From assembly GCF_025526975.1 (NCBI RefSeq), contig NW_026515703.1, positions 62,001-126,000 on the forward strand: a DNA stretch of 64,000 nucleotides, in the 5' to 3' direction. This document shows positions 52,643 through 64,000 of this stretch, one piece after another. Each line of letters opens with the position of its first letter. Position 1 is the stretch's first letter. The position numbers and the translations under genes were made by a program. The DNA is from Fimicolochytrium jonesii. Taxonomy: Eukaryota. The notes beneath the pieces were generated by a model. It was not told where the DNA came from, searched no databases, and worked only from the letters and a program-made list of their open reading frames with translations.

Positions 52643-53787
52643 ATGTCCTTCCTAGCCCCCCTCCTCGACCGCGTCAAGCACCGCAAAACCCTCGCTCCGG
52701 CCCTCACTGCCACCCCGACCCGCCTCACCATCGTCCCCGTCGATATGGCGGTCGCCGACTGGGCGCTTGTCGGCGCTATCGTGCTTGTAAGTTTTCACGG
52801 CGCTTTGGTCGGAGGGGGATGGAGGAGTTGGATATTGAATTTTCTTTTTTTGTAGTTTGGTGTGGTGATGGTGGCCCTGACGAGCAGGGATCTGGTGTAT
52901 AGCGTTGCGGGGGGCGGGCTGTACGTGTATTTGGCGTCGACGTTGAGTGAGTGTGGATGAGAAGTGTCGGAGTGTGCGCGTACGCGTGAGAACGGGGGTG
53001 GAGGAGCGACGGTGGGAGCGGGGCCTTGGTCTTCGTTCGCGGCGACGGTGGCCATTGCCATCTGCGGCGGTTGAGAGGAGGATGGGTGTGCGAGCGCACA
53101 GCGGGCATTGCCTGCTAACTGGTGCCGATTCCATGCATGCATGCATGCACATCCCCCAAACCCCATGCATCTAACACCCGCCTCCCCGCACCCAGTCGTA
53201 GATAAATACATAACAACCCTCGACAAACCCACGCAGGAAGTCACCGTCACAAAAACAACCCTCGGCTTCATCCGCTACGTGCGCGTCGCTCCAGTTGCGT
53301 ATCACAAATCCCACCCCCCATCTCACTCTCTCCACTCCTAACCCCCATCTCCACACATCACCCACAGCTAGACGAACTCGTGTCCATCGACCTCCTCCCT
53401 CTCCCCACCACCTCCGCCTCCACCCCCCCGCCATCGCCATCCAAAGCCCTCCACCGCCTCGAACTCGTCTTCATGTCCTCCCACGGGTACTACCACCTCC
53501 CGCTGACAGAGACCTACGTCCGTGGGGAGGCCAACAAGCGCGCCTTGGAGGGGGTCGAGGGGGAGGTGAGGAAGTGGGCGGGGTTGAAGAAGGTGCCGGA
53601 GTGGATGGGGGAGGAGGCGTTGGAGAGGAGTGCGAGGGAAGGGAGGGCGAAGAGTGCTGCTGGAAGGAGGGAGGGGAAGGGGCCGGGGGACGAGGCGGAG
53701 GGTGGGACGACGGACAATGCGGGTGGGGAAGGGGTGAGGGCGAGTGGGACCGGTGGGGCGAAGAGGCGGACGAAGAGGCGGGATTGA
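52643..53787 (+). CDS. Two-TM membrane protein resembling CYBC1/EROS (4 exons)
   Basis: Spliced: ...TATPTRLTIVP...DWALVGAIVL|FGVVMVALTSRDLVYSVAGGGLYVYLASTL|(IVD)KYITTLDKPTQEVTVTKTTLGFIRY..|LDELVSIDL...LELVFMSSHGYYHLPLTETYVRG. The third donor site is ambiguous. Confidence 0.55.
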
Positions 53788-54273
53788 GGGTTTGCGAGGT
53801 TTGAGTGAGTGTGTGATTGGGGGCGTGCAACCGATGATTTCCTCACACTGCGTACATGGGTATGCTTTTTGTACATATAGCACGTACCAAATATTTATTA
53901 CGGGTACATACACATCTCCTTCCAGGCGCGGATCAGACCGCCCCGGTCAGAAATGATGAAAAGAATGCATAGGAAAGGACGGAGGGGAGGGGGAGAGGAA
54001 AGGATGGGGTGCGGGGTTTCGTGTAACCTCTTCCTCGAGTCGCGCCCGTAGTCCCGATGCATCCAGAGACCCGAAACAAGCCCTGTGCCGCGGAGGTCGT
54101 ATCGTGCTATGGAATCCTACATGACACTACATATGTAGGGTGGGTCGGTGACGAGAAGATGGGTGATGGGGGTTGGAACTGTGATTTGAGGCTGCTACCA
54201 GTCCGTGGGTTGCGTATTGTATCGTATCTCCCACTGCGTTTGCATGGAATGAAATTCGGGATATTTTCCACAA

Positions 54274-57200
54274 TCATTTCGTATCCCGGAAGTATGTGGC
54301 CACAGGGAAAGCTTCGCGGGCGACTTGGGCGAGCTGCGCGGCGCGTTTGGTGTTCTCCGGTGATGGTGGACTGGCGAGGTACTTGTGCACGCGGATGGCA
54401 GTCTATAGAAAGAGGACGGAAAGGGAACGGAGTGAGTGATCTTCAGCGATGAGATCAAATTACGAAGAATATAGCGCCAACATACCTCCAACGGAACCCT
54501 GTTCGCCTTGATGGCCTTTATAGGCTCGTCCAAGACCTCGACGCCCGCGCCAGCCTCGACGGCAGCCAGCAGTTTCTCCAGATGTCCTTCAGTACGAGCC
54601 TGCTTCAAGAACACGGCGTTGAAATCCGCAGGGGTCTTCGCGCCACCAAACAACTTGGCGGTTTCCTCGTCCACGACAGCAGCGACCGCGGGGTGAAGCG
54701 GTGTTGACGTCGCGGTTTTCTTGTACTCGTTCAAGCGCGTCCAGAACTTGATGGCGACGCGGTGCACGTCGGCTTGCTGCTTGGCTAGCTTGGCCTGAGC
54801 CGTTGTTGCTGCGCTGCCTTGCGATGCACTGTCGCCTTTGGCGGCCGCGCCTTCGATAAGGGCATACGCGTGCTTGAGGGCTTTCAGGGCCAGCAAAAAC
54901 TTGCCCTTGCGCGAGTAAACCTCAACACCGAGAATCTGCGCGTCGACCTTGCTCGGCGACATAGCCAGCAGATGCTTGACAAACGCCTCGGCCTCGGCGA
55001 GATAGTCCGTCGCAGCGAGGTATTTTGCACCATCAGGGTCTTTATCCTTAGCAGCGTCCTTCGACGCCGCCGCATCGGGCGTGGCGCTGTCCTTCTGCTG
55101 CGCCGGCTGTGCGCTGTCACCGGCCTTGGCAGCGGTCTTCAGCGCGGCTTTTCGCGCCTTGCGTTCCGCTTTCTTCCTCTCCGCTTCGCTCAACCCTTCC
55201 CCGGCCGCGTCGTTGCTGCCGTTGGCGTTCTTGGGCTTATCGATGAGTTGCAGGTACACCTGCACGGCGGTGGTCGCGGCTTGGTAGAAGGATGGGTGGC
55301 CGCGGAGACGGTCTTCGACATGGAGGAGGTCGACGTACGCGCGGAGAGTCATTTTGCGGAGCGCGTATGAGTGGAAATCGAACTGGTCGTCATATATGTC
55401 ACTGAAGTGCTGCAAAAGACCAATGCAAGACCCGTCAGTAATCCTTTCCTGTGTGAGGCGTCAATCCAAGAACAGGAGAACATACCTGATCAATCTGATG
55501 TAATCGCTTCAGCGCTGGCCCGTATTTCCCTGTTCGGACGTGGCTCGAAGCGGATTCGAGGGCGAACCACATGCATTGCATGTCAACCAGGTCTCCTAGT
55601 GGGTCCGTAGACTCGCTCTATTGTGAAATGTCGGTAAGCACGAACAGCGAAACGGTCAAAAGGAAGGACCTTGAATCAATATATGCACGTACCCGAGTGA
55701 ACAGCGAGATTGTTTGTCCGGCCTTCTCGACTTGGTCGTTCCGCAACATATACTTTGTGCATTTAGAGTTGATGAACCTGTCCTGCAGATCCAGTTCGCG
55801 CGCTTGGTTCATGGCCTCCATGGCGGCCTGTACGTCTCCACCGTGCTGACAAAAGCATTCGCGTGAGTCTCAACCCCTGATCCTCATCAGGTAAGTCTTC
55901 TAACAACACCAACCTTCAGAATCCTCGCTTTCGTCATCAATAACTCAACCAACGTAGGGGTATGCTTCAACGCAGTCTCAATCAGCTCCAAAGCCTTCAA
56001 CGAATCCCTTTTCCAGTCATAGTGTTGGGCAAGGAAGTATACGACCCAAAGGTACGCCGTGGGGGGTTCTTTTACCGCTTCCGTATCCGATTTGCTTTTC
56101 GCAGCGGCATCGAATGAGTCGTGGGACTTCAAATTCTTTTCGTAATCGAGGACCAGCTGTTCGACGATGTCGGCCTTCTCGGCATCGACGTAGAGGTCTT
56201 TGAGCGAGACGAAGAGGGATGGGACCCCCTTGCGGATCAGGGGCCGGAGGTAAGCATCGAGGAGTTGGCGGAAAGCGTCACCTAGTGTGGTAGATGTGCA
56301 TTAGCAAGCCCGTTTGCAGATACTCTAATCCGTTCCGGAGGGCAAAATCAAACGTACCTTTGACCAACTTCAGTGGCGTCCGTTGGATGACATGCGACTT
56401 GGGGTACTTGGCACCCAGCTCCTTCATCAATCGCTGAGCCTTCTCAATCTGGATATTGTCCATCTTCTCGACCGCGGTCCCCAACTGCCTCGCCTCGAGC
56501 AGACCATCAAGGTACGCATGGCAATCCGCGTTCAGGTCCAACAACTGCCTGTACTCGACCTCCGCCTGTGGCAACTTGCCACTCTTCAAAAGCAGGCGAG
56601 CCTTTGCCTCCTTCCACCCCCGCTTGTCAACGACTTTAGACCGGATCTCCGCGAGATGGGCAAGCGCCTTATCATTGTCGCCAGACTCTTCGATGATGAA
56701 GTTCTTGTACATTAGCATCTCGCTGTTCTCGTAGTCCACGACTTGCTCGGGTTGCTCGTTCAGTGTTTCCTCGAAAGCTGACAGGACGTTCAATGCCGTG
56801 TCGTACTTTTGCAGCATGTGGTAGGAAATCGCTAATCCGACCCAGTACATTCGGTTCGCCGGACGAAGGGAGAGGAGTTGATGTCTCGTTTCCTATGAGA
56901 TACGATTAGCTGACGATCCCCGAATCGGAAGACGTTTTTCGAATGTGCCCAACTCACATTGTATCCCTCGTAGTTGCGCATCTGCATTTGTAGGAGAGAC
57001 AAGTCACGAATGATCTGAATGTTTTCCTGATTGACAAAGAGGAGTACAGACGTTAGAATAAATATCGAGCTTTCAACTACTGACGTTGTGCCATTCCCGT
57101 GAGGCTAACCTTGTCAAACTTCAACGCATTCAAGTAGCACTTGATCGCCTCGTCATAGTTCTTATCCGCCCGGTGCATCAGTCCGTACACGTGCCAACCT

Positions 57201-57766
57201 ACAAACCCATCATTTAGTATCTCCCAGAGGATCATGGCCACCCTTCACTGCCATCTGCATCAGGACACATACAGGTGTGACTTGTCAAGTCATTCCTCAG
57301 CCCCTTCTTCACAAACTCGTATCCCTCCTCTTTCCGGTTCAAATGACTGAGAAACAGTCCCTTCATTGCTTGCGTCTCTATAGTCCCATGAGAAAAATCA
57401 TCCCATCAGCCTCCTCTCCTTTCGGCTACTACCGCCGCCTTGAAGTGCTGGACAAACCTCCATGCTCGGGAAACTTCTTCAAAATCTGGTCCGCCATTTT
57501 GAGACCGCGTTTGTATTGCTTATGCTCATATAGTTTCTGGATTTCACGCAAGGAGAAGGATATGAGTAAGGCAAAAGCGCCGGAAAGCCCGTGGAGATCA
57601 CATTGGCACCGCAACAGTTTCGCCTAAGAACCAGCCAAAGCGTCCGCGTCCTAGGCATCCACTGAAGGAAAGAAAAGCACCAGCCTCCACGTACCAATAT
57701 GGCTTTGAATGTAGCCGACTCCTTGGACGGCAGTTCCCTGCCCTGCTTCACCGGTGCTGGTGGCAT
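54274..57766 (-). CDS. NAT1: NatA auxiliary subunit Nat1/NAA15 (TPR; multi-exon)
   Basis: [104 protein letters not shown]. Confidence 0.95.
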
Positions 57767-59275
57767 CTTGGTCTATATGGCGTGGCGAAACCAGGGAAAA
57801 TGCAGTGATCTTGGAAGGAACTTGGACCCGAGGAACGAGAGGCCTGGATCGTGCGGAGGAGAATCGACCTTTACCGGGAAGGCGATGAATAAGGTGCCCT
57901 CTAGTTGGGAGTATTAGACGTTTGCGATGCAAAATCGTCGTTGGTGAGCAAAGCGAGGACGACCTCCAACCGTCTTTGCCACAATTCTATTCCAAGGTCA
58001 TGCAGCACCACGTGACTTTCCGGTAGATGATTTGATGCCCTCGTAAGCACCATACACGCGTTGCTCGGCACTCCATCGCGCGTTGCTCCGCACTCCAACG
58101 CATTTCTTCTTGGGCGGGGAGGGGAAAGGTCTCATATATATACCTTTTTCGCCAGGGTGTATGCCCTACATTCCCGGCCCATACGCCAAAGCCATCTTCT
58201 GTCCGGCAGATCTGAAGGTTTACATCGATTGGACTCATCATCGAGAAGTGTTGCCGGCATATACTCAACGCAACATTGTGGTTTGTGGCGGCTGGGAACT
58301 CTGCACGGGATCACGAACAGATAGCGTTCGCAACCATGCATCCAAAACCCCATCATTTACTGGAGATCCTTTCAAAGGGTCATAGCATCGCGCGTACGGA
58401 GTCGGAGGTTTCGTCAAAGGACAAAATCCACCAATGTGCCGGTTCCGAGCAAATGGAGCCAGTATTCGCGACTTGATCCCGGTCCCATTTCTGGGCATGG
58501 CGCCATGGAGAACAAGGGCGATATCGTTCCTGACCGCACCATCAGCTGGCGGTTGTGCAAACTGGCATCAGAATCATCACCATGGCCGGTTCAATGAAGA
58601 ACTCGCATCAGCACCGCGAATGATATACACCGGGGGATGTGTTGGTAAATCCATCTGAAAATTGTTATGCATCCTGCATGAGAAATGGCGTCCCGACGTC
58701 GTGAAAGAACACCTGGTCCCTTTCCCAAACAATCCGTGGAGAGAAAGGTTCCCCATTCTCCCGGCAAATTCCCAGACCTAACTAACCGCGCAAAACGATA
58801 TAAAAGCCTCATAGAACCGCATGGATTCCCCAACAACAGCATAGATAAATCAACCTCTCAAAAAAAAACAAAGCCCAAACAAAAAGAAAAAAACTTGTAG
58901 GTCATGATATACCAAATACAAACGAGGTGTGCGTGAACAGAAAAAAAAATGTGAAAGGGGCGGGGAGGGGAGGGGGGCGTGTATGTGAATTGGTGTATAT
59001 GCTGCTTTTGTTGTGATGTGATGTGGTGTGCGCCCCCCGCTGTGCTGTTCCTCCCGCGCATCAATAAAAAAAGGGGACGACCCCGGCGAGGGGGTAAATT
59101 CTATGTATCGTGCAACCCATGGTGTTGCGGAATGAACTGAAAATGTGAAAAAAGAAAGAATAGGGGACACCTTCCCGCCACCATCCGCTCGCCCATTGTA
59201 GCTCCGCACCAAAAATAAAAATAACCCCGGTGCCCCATGCGCCGGTCTCCCTTACGCGAAAGTGGGTGACGTCTC

Positions 59276-62200
59276 TTACTTCCCCAACGGCGGAAACTCC
59301 ATCTCCATCTCAAACAACCCCTTCTCCTCCTCAATCGCAGGCGGCGGGTTGTGATGCTGGTGATGGTGGTGCCCATGCGGGTGACGACGGGAACCGTGCG
59401 ATGAAGACGAGAGGGAGGAGTCCGGTGCGTTGTTATGGTTGCTGCGTGGGTGCTGTTTCGGTCGACGCTGGGTGTTCGCTGCGGAGGGGGCGGTGTTCTT
59501 GTGGTGGTGGTGGGAGACGCCGTTGGTGTGCGGGGGTTTACCGCGGGTCGCGACCGTCGCTTGATGGTGGGTAGCATTGTTAACGCTCCTCCCCGTAGCG
59601 CGGCGGAAATCCTGGATGGTTCGGAACCGATTCAACGCGTCGGCGAGCACGCGGTTGGCCTGCACGGCGACATCGACCTCGGGGCGGCGGGACTTGTCCT
59701 TGCGGTATTTCAAGTACGCCCAGAACTTCTCGAGACCGTACAGCACGGTTCCGTTGGACTTGGTGTACTCGTCCGTGACCATGGCGACGAAATCGTCAAA
59801 CAGGTCGCGGCGGAACCGCTTCTCGAGGCCGTAGGAGTAGAAGCGGAACAGGCATTCGAGACCGTAGCGGTAGTTGTTCTCGGCGTCTGCGACCGCGAGC
59901 GTTCGGAACTCGGCGTACATGCGTGGGTTGAAGTGGTCGCGGAGGAAGTGGGACCAGAAACGGTAGATGGTGTTCATTTCGGGGGAGCGGCCTGGACCGA
60001 GGCGCTTGCGTTCTGAAAATATCGAAGCGATGAGCATTTCTTTTCCGAATTCATCAGCTCCTTATCTCGATCTCACATACCTTTGATAGCCTTAGCCCTA
60101 TACTTAGAGTACTTATGCTGAATAAACCCATTCTCCCTCAACAGCTCATAAGACGGATGCTGAAACACCGGGAACTCGTTGAAACTATGCGCAACACTCC
60201 CCGTCGCATCCTTCTTCTCCGGCTCATTCTTAGCAGCGGGAACGCTCACCCCCCGTCCAGGCGTCGGCGACGATCCCAAGGGGTTATCATGTTCATCCTC
60301 ATCCGCTTCCGCGTCCATCCTGTTCATCAGATACCCGACGGGGGGACTAGCGCTTGTTGCACCGACCCAGTACCGTCTCGGGGTCTTGGGCACCTGCACG
60401 GCACTCGCACCCGCAGTATAATTGCCGCGTGTGTTTGTCGAGGGCGCAAAGTACGGGTTAACGACCCTTCCATTGCCATGATGATTGGAATGCTCGTAGA
60501 GAGGCGCCGGGCTAACCATCCCATTCAACATCGCCTTGAACTCGTCGCCAGCGACGCTGTTGACCTTATTCTTTGGCTTCTTGGGAGTCAGGTAGTCGTG
60601 CTCGTAGTAGTACAGCCCTTCGTTGATGATCTCGTTGATCTCCTCGTCGTTGCGGTTGCGGTCGAAGGGGGCCGTGGCATGCTTGCGCGGGGGGAGGTTG
60701 TGGTATTGCGCCCCCGCGGGCGCTTGCTGTTGAGGCGGCTGGTGCTGCGTTGATTGAAGTAAGGCGAGGGTGGATTTGCCCGTGACCTGGGTGGAGGTGG
60801 TAGGCCCGTTGGGCAGGGTGAAGAGCACGGCTTCGTACTCGTCCTCCGCGTCGGGGCCCTGACCAGGCACGGGCGACTTGCGCTGCGTGACAATCAACAA
60901 CCCGTCAACGTCCTCGTCGTCAAGATCTGCCCACTCCTCGTCCTCGAACGAAGCCCCCTCGATCGCAAACGTCGCGCCGCTGCTCGGAGCCATGTTCCCG
61001 GCGGGGATGTGGCGCGCAACAACGACAATGTCCGGATCCTCGTCATCGCTGTCCACGCTATCCTCGCTCTCGCTCTCCTCACTCGTCGACACTGCGGGCT
61101 GCTGTTCAAACCCGGCGTTGCTGAACCGCCGCACGCGACCGCCCATGGTTACGCCGCTCCACTCATCCCCATCGCTGTTCCCCGTCTCCTCCTCCACCTT
61201 GGCAAAGAACCCGCTGCTGCTGCCGTTGCGCGAGACAACCGGTGTCAGCACAGGCGTGTTCGCACCGCTCCCCGCCCCGCCACGGACCCGTGACGTGCGC
61301 CGACGGGTCGTGGCCTGCTCCCACCCATCCTCATCCACCTTCCCATCCGCACCCTCGTCACCCGCCTCGCTCCTTGAGAATCGCCCAGCTCGCGCGGCTG
61401 GGCTACCCCCGTTTGGGTGGCCTGGTTGTTCGATGGTGGTTGTAGTCGTGATGCTTTCCGAGATGCTCTCGGCCGGGTTCACGGAGACGGTCGATACGTC
61501 GCCCGGGGATTGCGGCGGGGTCAGCAGAGTCGCTGCGGTGGCCTCGCGGGCTGCCTCGGTGGCGACGTTGTTGTGAGCGGTATCGCCGTTGTGTTGCGAG
61601 GACGTAGATGGCGTCGCATTGTCCTTCGGCAAGAGCCAAAACTCCCACCCATCCTTGCGCCTGACGAGCGCCTCGCCGGGCCCCTCAACGATAACCTCAA
61701 CAACCTCGCTGTCAACACAAGCGCTCTTCAAAAACTCCTCGACCCAGGTATGCGAGTCGACCGCGGCGATCGCCTCGACGGCTTCGGGGTTCTCGGCCGC
61801 AATGTTGTACTGGGTCTTGACCTTGGCGCCGTTGATGAGGGATCGGACGCGGTTGAAACCGCCGATGAGGAGGAGTGGCACGCCGCCGTTGTTCGAGTCC
61901 ATCTGGCGACGGAAGTAGATGTCGCGGCAGAGGTTTTCGACAGAGAAGTAATACTCACTGTGGGGCGGAAGGGAGGAGAAAAAAAGCGTCAATTTACCGT
62001 GAACTTATGAAAGCAAAAGACGGAGCAAACTTTTCAAACTCACATTTGAGCACGAATCCACCACTTGTAAGTCTCCACATCGGTGCCATCCACCTCGGCA
62101 TATCCATAATAAGGGTTGACCAAGCCGTTGACCGGTCCCGCCCCAGTCACGGAAGGCATGGTCTGAATAGGGCCCTGCTGACCCTGGTACCCGTTTCCAT

Positions 62201-63859
62201 ACTGGCCATAGAATGGACGAGGACCGCGCGATACATTCGAATGCCCACGTCCGCCGCGTCCGCCACGGCGGGACACGCGCTGCTGTTGAGATGGCTGGGC
62301 GTACTGGCTGGCGTCCTCTCCGTGCCTAGACATGCTGTGCGTGGACGTGGTGGAGATGGCGGAGGCGTTGGAGCCGCGACGGGGACCTTGGCGGTGCTGC
62401 TGCTGCTGATGTTGCGAGGGGCCGGTCCATGAAGTGGTGGCATGGGTGGAGCGAGCGGCGGAGCCTCCGCGGCCGCTGCGGGGTCGGGAGCTGCTCGCCT
62501 CGGCGCGAGAAGGGAGGGTTTCGGCTGTGGAAGGAGCGACAACGGCGTCTGCGGATGTGCTTGCGGGTGCTGGCTGTTCTTCCTTGACGGCATCCGCTTT
62601 AGCAGCAGCGGGCGCAGACGCGAGCTGCTTGGCACGGGGAGCGTGGTCATCGGACTTTTTCCCGCCAGCAGCTTTGCTGCTGGGAGGACGAATAGAGCGG
62701 GCTGCGGAGGTAGGTGGTGGGTAGTGGATTGGCACGTCCAGCTTGGCCCAGCCGGCCTTCTTGGTTCCGCTGTGTCCGGCGGGAGCAGGGACGGGGCTTA
62801 CGCTGGCAGCTGAAGCGGTGCGCGATGCGGAACTCGGTGGGCTGATAGCAGCACTGCCGAGAGTCGGCCAAAGCTCAGCTTTCAAAGGCGTGGCAGAGGC
62901 ACCTGACTTCTTGCTCGATGTGCTGGACTCCTTGGCGAGCAGGTTCTCGCTACGCACGGCTGTCTGCACAAGCTTGGCAGCAACGGGCTCCTTTGGCTTT
63001 TGCACCGGAGCGGCCTTCTCCTCGCTGTTTTCCTTGACAGCAGACGCTTCAGCAGTAGATGTTTCAGTCTTCACAGGTGATTCCTCTTTCGTCGTCTTCT
63101 TGGCAGCCTTCACTTGCCCCTCTGCAACCTTTCCATTCTCAAGTTTCGCCGATGCACCGGGAGCTGGCGAGCCTGATGATGCCTTGCCACCCGTTGGGCG
63201 CGCTCGATCCTTCTTACCGCCTTGCTCCTTCTTAGCTTGTGTCTTTTTCGACTGAACCTTCACGAAACCCTCAGCAGCATCCCGCTCCTCCTGTTCCCTC
63301 CGCGCCTTTTCCTTTGCGGACGGCTGCCTCACGCGAGGCTGGCGGGGCTCATCCGATGCTTTGGATGATGGCGCAGCGGTGTTGGCCACGCTCGATGTGA
63401 GTGTTGATGTCTGGCGGGGATGCGTTTGTGCGTGCTTCTGTTGCTCCTCTAACCGCACCTTCCAGATGTTTACTGATGGTGCAGGAGCTGGGATTATCTT
63501 CTTCTCCTCCTTTGGCTCTTCGGCTTTGGGAGTATTTTCCGATTTCCGTGTGGATACTGATGTAATGGATGGAGTAGGACGTTGAGGAGGTTGGTGAGTA
63601 TAAAGGAAAACGAGAATGTGCCTGTTATGAGTCCTTTGCACCAACCTGCTGCTTCCGCCAGCCCATTTGTATCACTTTCAGCCGCTGGAGACAGTTCCTC
63701 GGCCGTGGCGGCTTTCGGCTCTGGGACCGTAGGCTTGTCCACCGAATCGGCCCACGAAGTCGGAGCGACAACAGACATCTTCAGTGAAGATTCCTGTGAA
63801 ACCTCTTCCGCAACATTCGGCTGCTGTGCTGCCTCAGTCGCTATTTCGACCGAAGACAT
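59276..63859 (-). CDS. LARP1: La-related protein 1 with La motif and C-terminal DM15 repeats (4 exons)
   Basis: La motif IRAQ|(I)[22 protein letters not shown]15 region [22 protein letters not shown]...[18 protein letters not shown]...[15 protein letters not shown]...[12 protein letters not shown]. Confidence 0.93.
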
Positions 63860-64000
63860 GATGGATGTCTGTGTTGATAACTAATTTTCGCGTGTCGTGA
63901 GACAGTTTCTAGAGGCCACGTCTAACGTTCGCAGCTTCCCGACCCCCGAGACCAGCGACACTATCGAGAGCGACGGTTGCTGTGGAGTGTTTCGTCGGTT

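Noticed and set aside
57900..58800. Short ORFs between NAT1 and LARP1 (possible relic gene)
   Set aside because: No motif or splice-consistent model found; likely promoter and UTR sequence.
1..64000. CRISPR arrays, tRNA/rRNA genes, transposases, LTRs, Sec-decoding UGA
   Set aside because: None recognisable by eye; tRNAscan-SE, Infernal and RepeatModeler runs would be needed to exclude small or degenerate elements.

Overview
Intron-rich, gene-dense eukaryotic (fungal) genomic DNA with about 24 protein-coding genes and short GT-AG introns. I saw no CRISPR arrays, rRNA, tRNA or intact transposons. The gene content points to an early-diverging fungus, most likely a chytrid (inference): methylmalonyl-CoA epimerase, a DM15-containing LARP1 and a three-domain paladin-like phosphatase sit next to the fungal markers sphingolipid C9-methyltransferase and a Ppo dioxygenase-P450 fusion. 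Housekeeping genes are RPA49, an RMD1/DUF155 protein, NOP7/PES1, DPY30, DNA2, GOS1, a CNT transporter, a TBC Rab-GAP, NAT1 and LARP1. Manual splicing recovers small genes that the ORF track misses or fragments: HIG1/Rcf1-like (GC-AG intron), NDUFA4/MLRQ-like, and a 2-TM protein resembling the animal NADPH-oxidase/P2X chaperone EROS/CYBC1. The most interesting leads are: (1) the EROS-like gene; (2) a C2H2 transcription factor whose frame stays open 112 codons upstream of its AUG and 81 codons past its stop; (3) a strong C-rich/G-rich strand-skew oscillation inside coding regions; (4) an intronless PL3 pectate lyase; (5) the oxylipin enzyme and the B12-pathway enzyme. All family assignments come from recognising motifs by eye; no searches were run.
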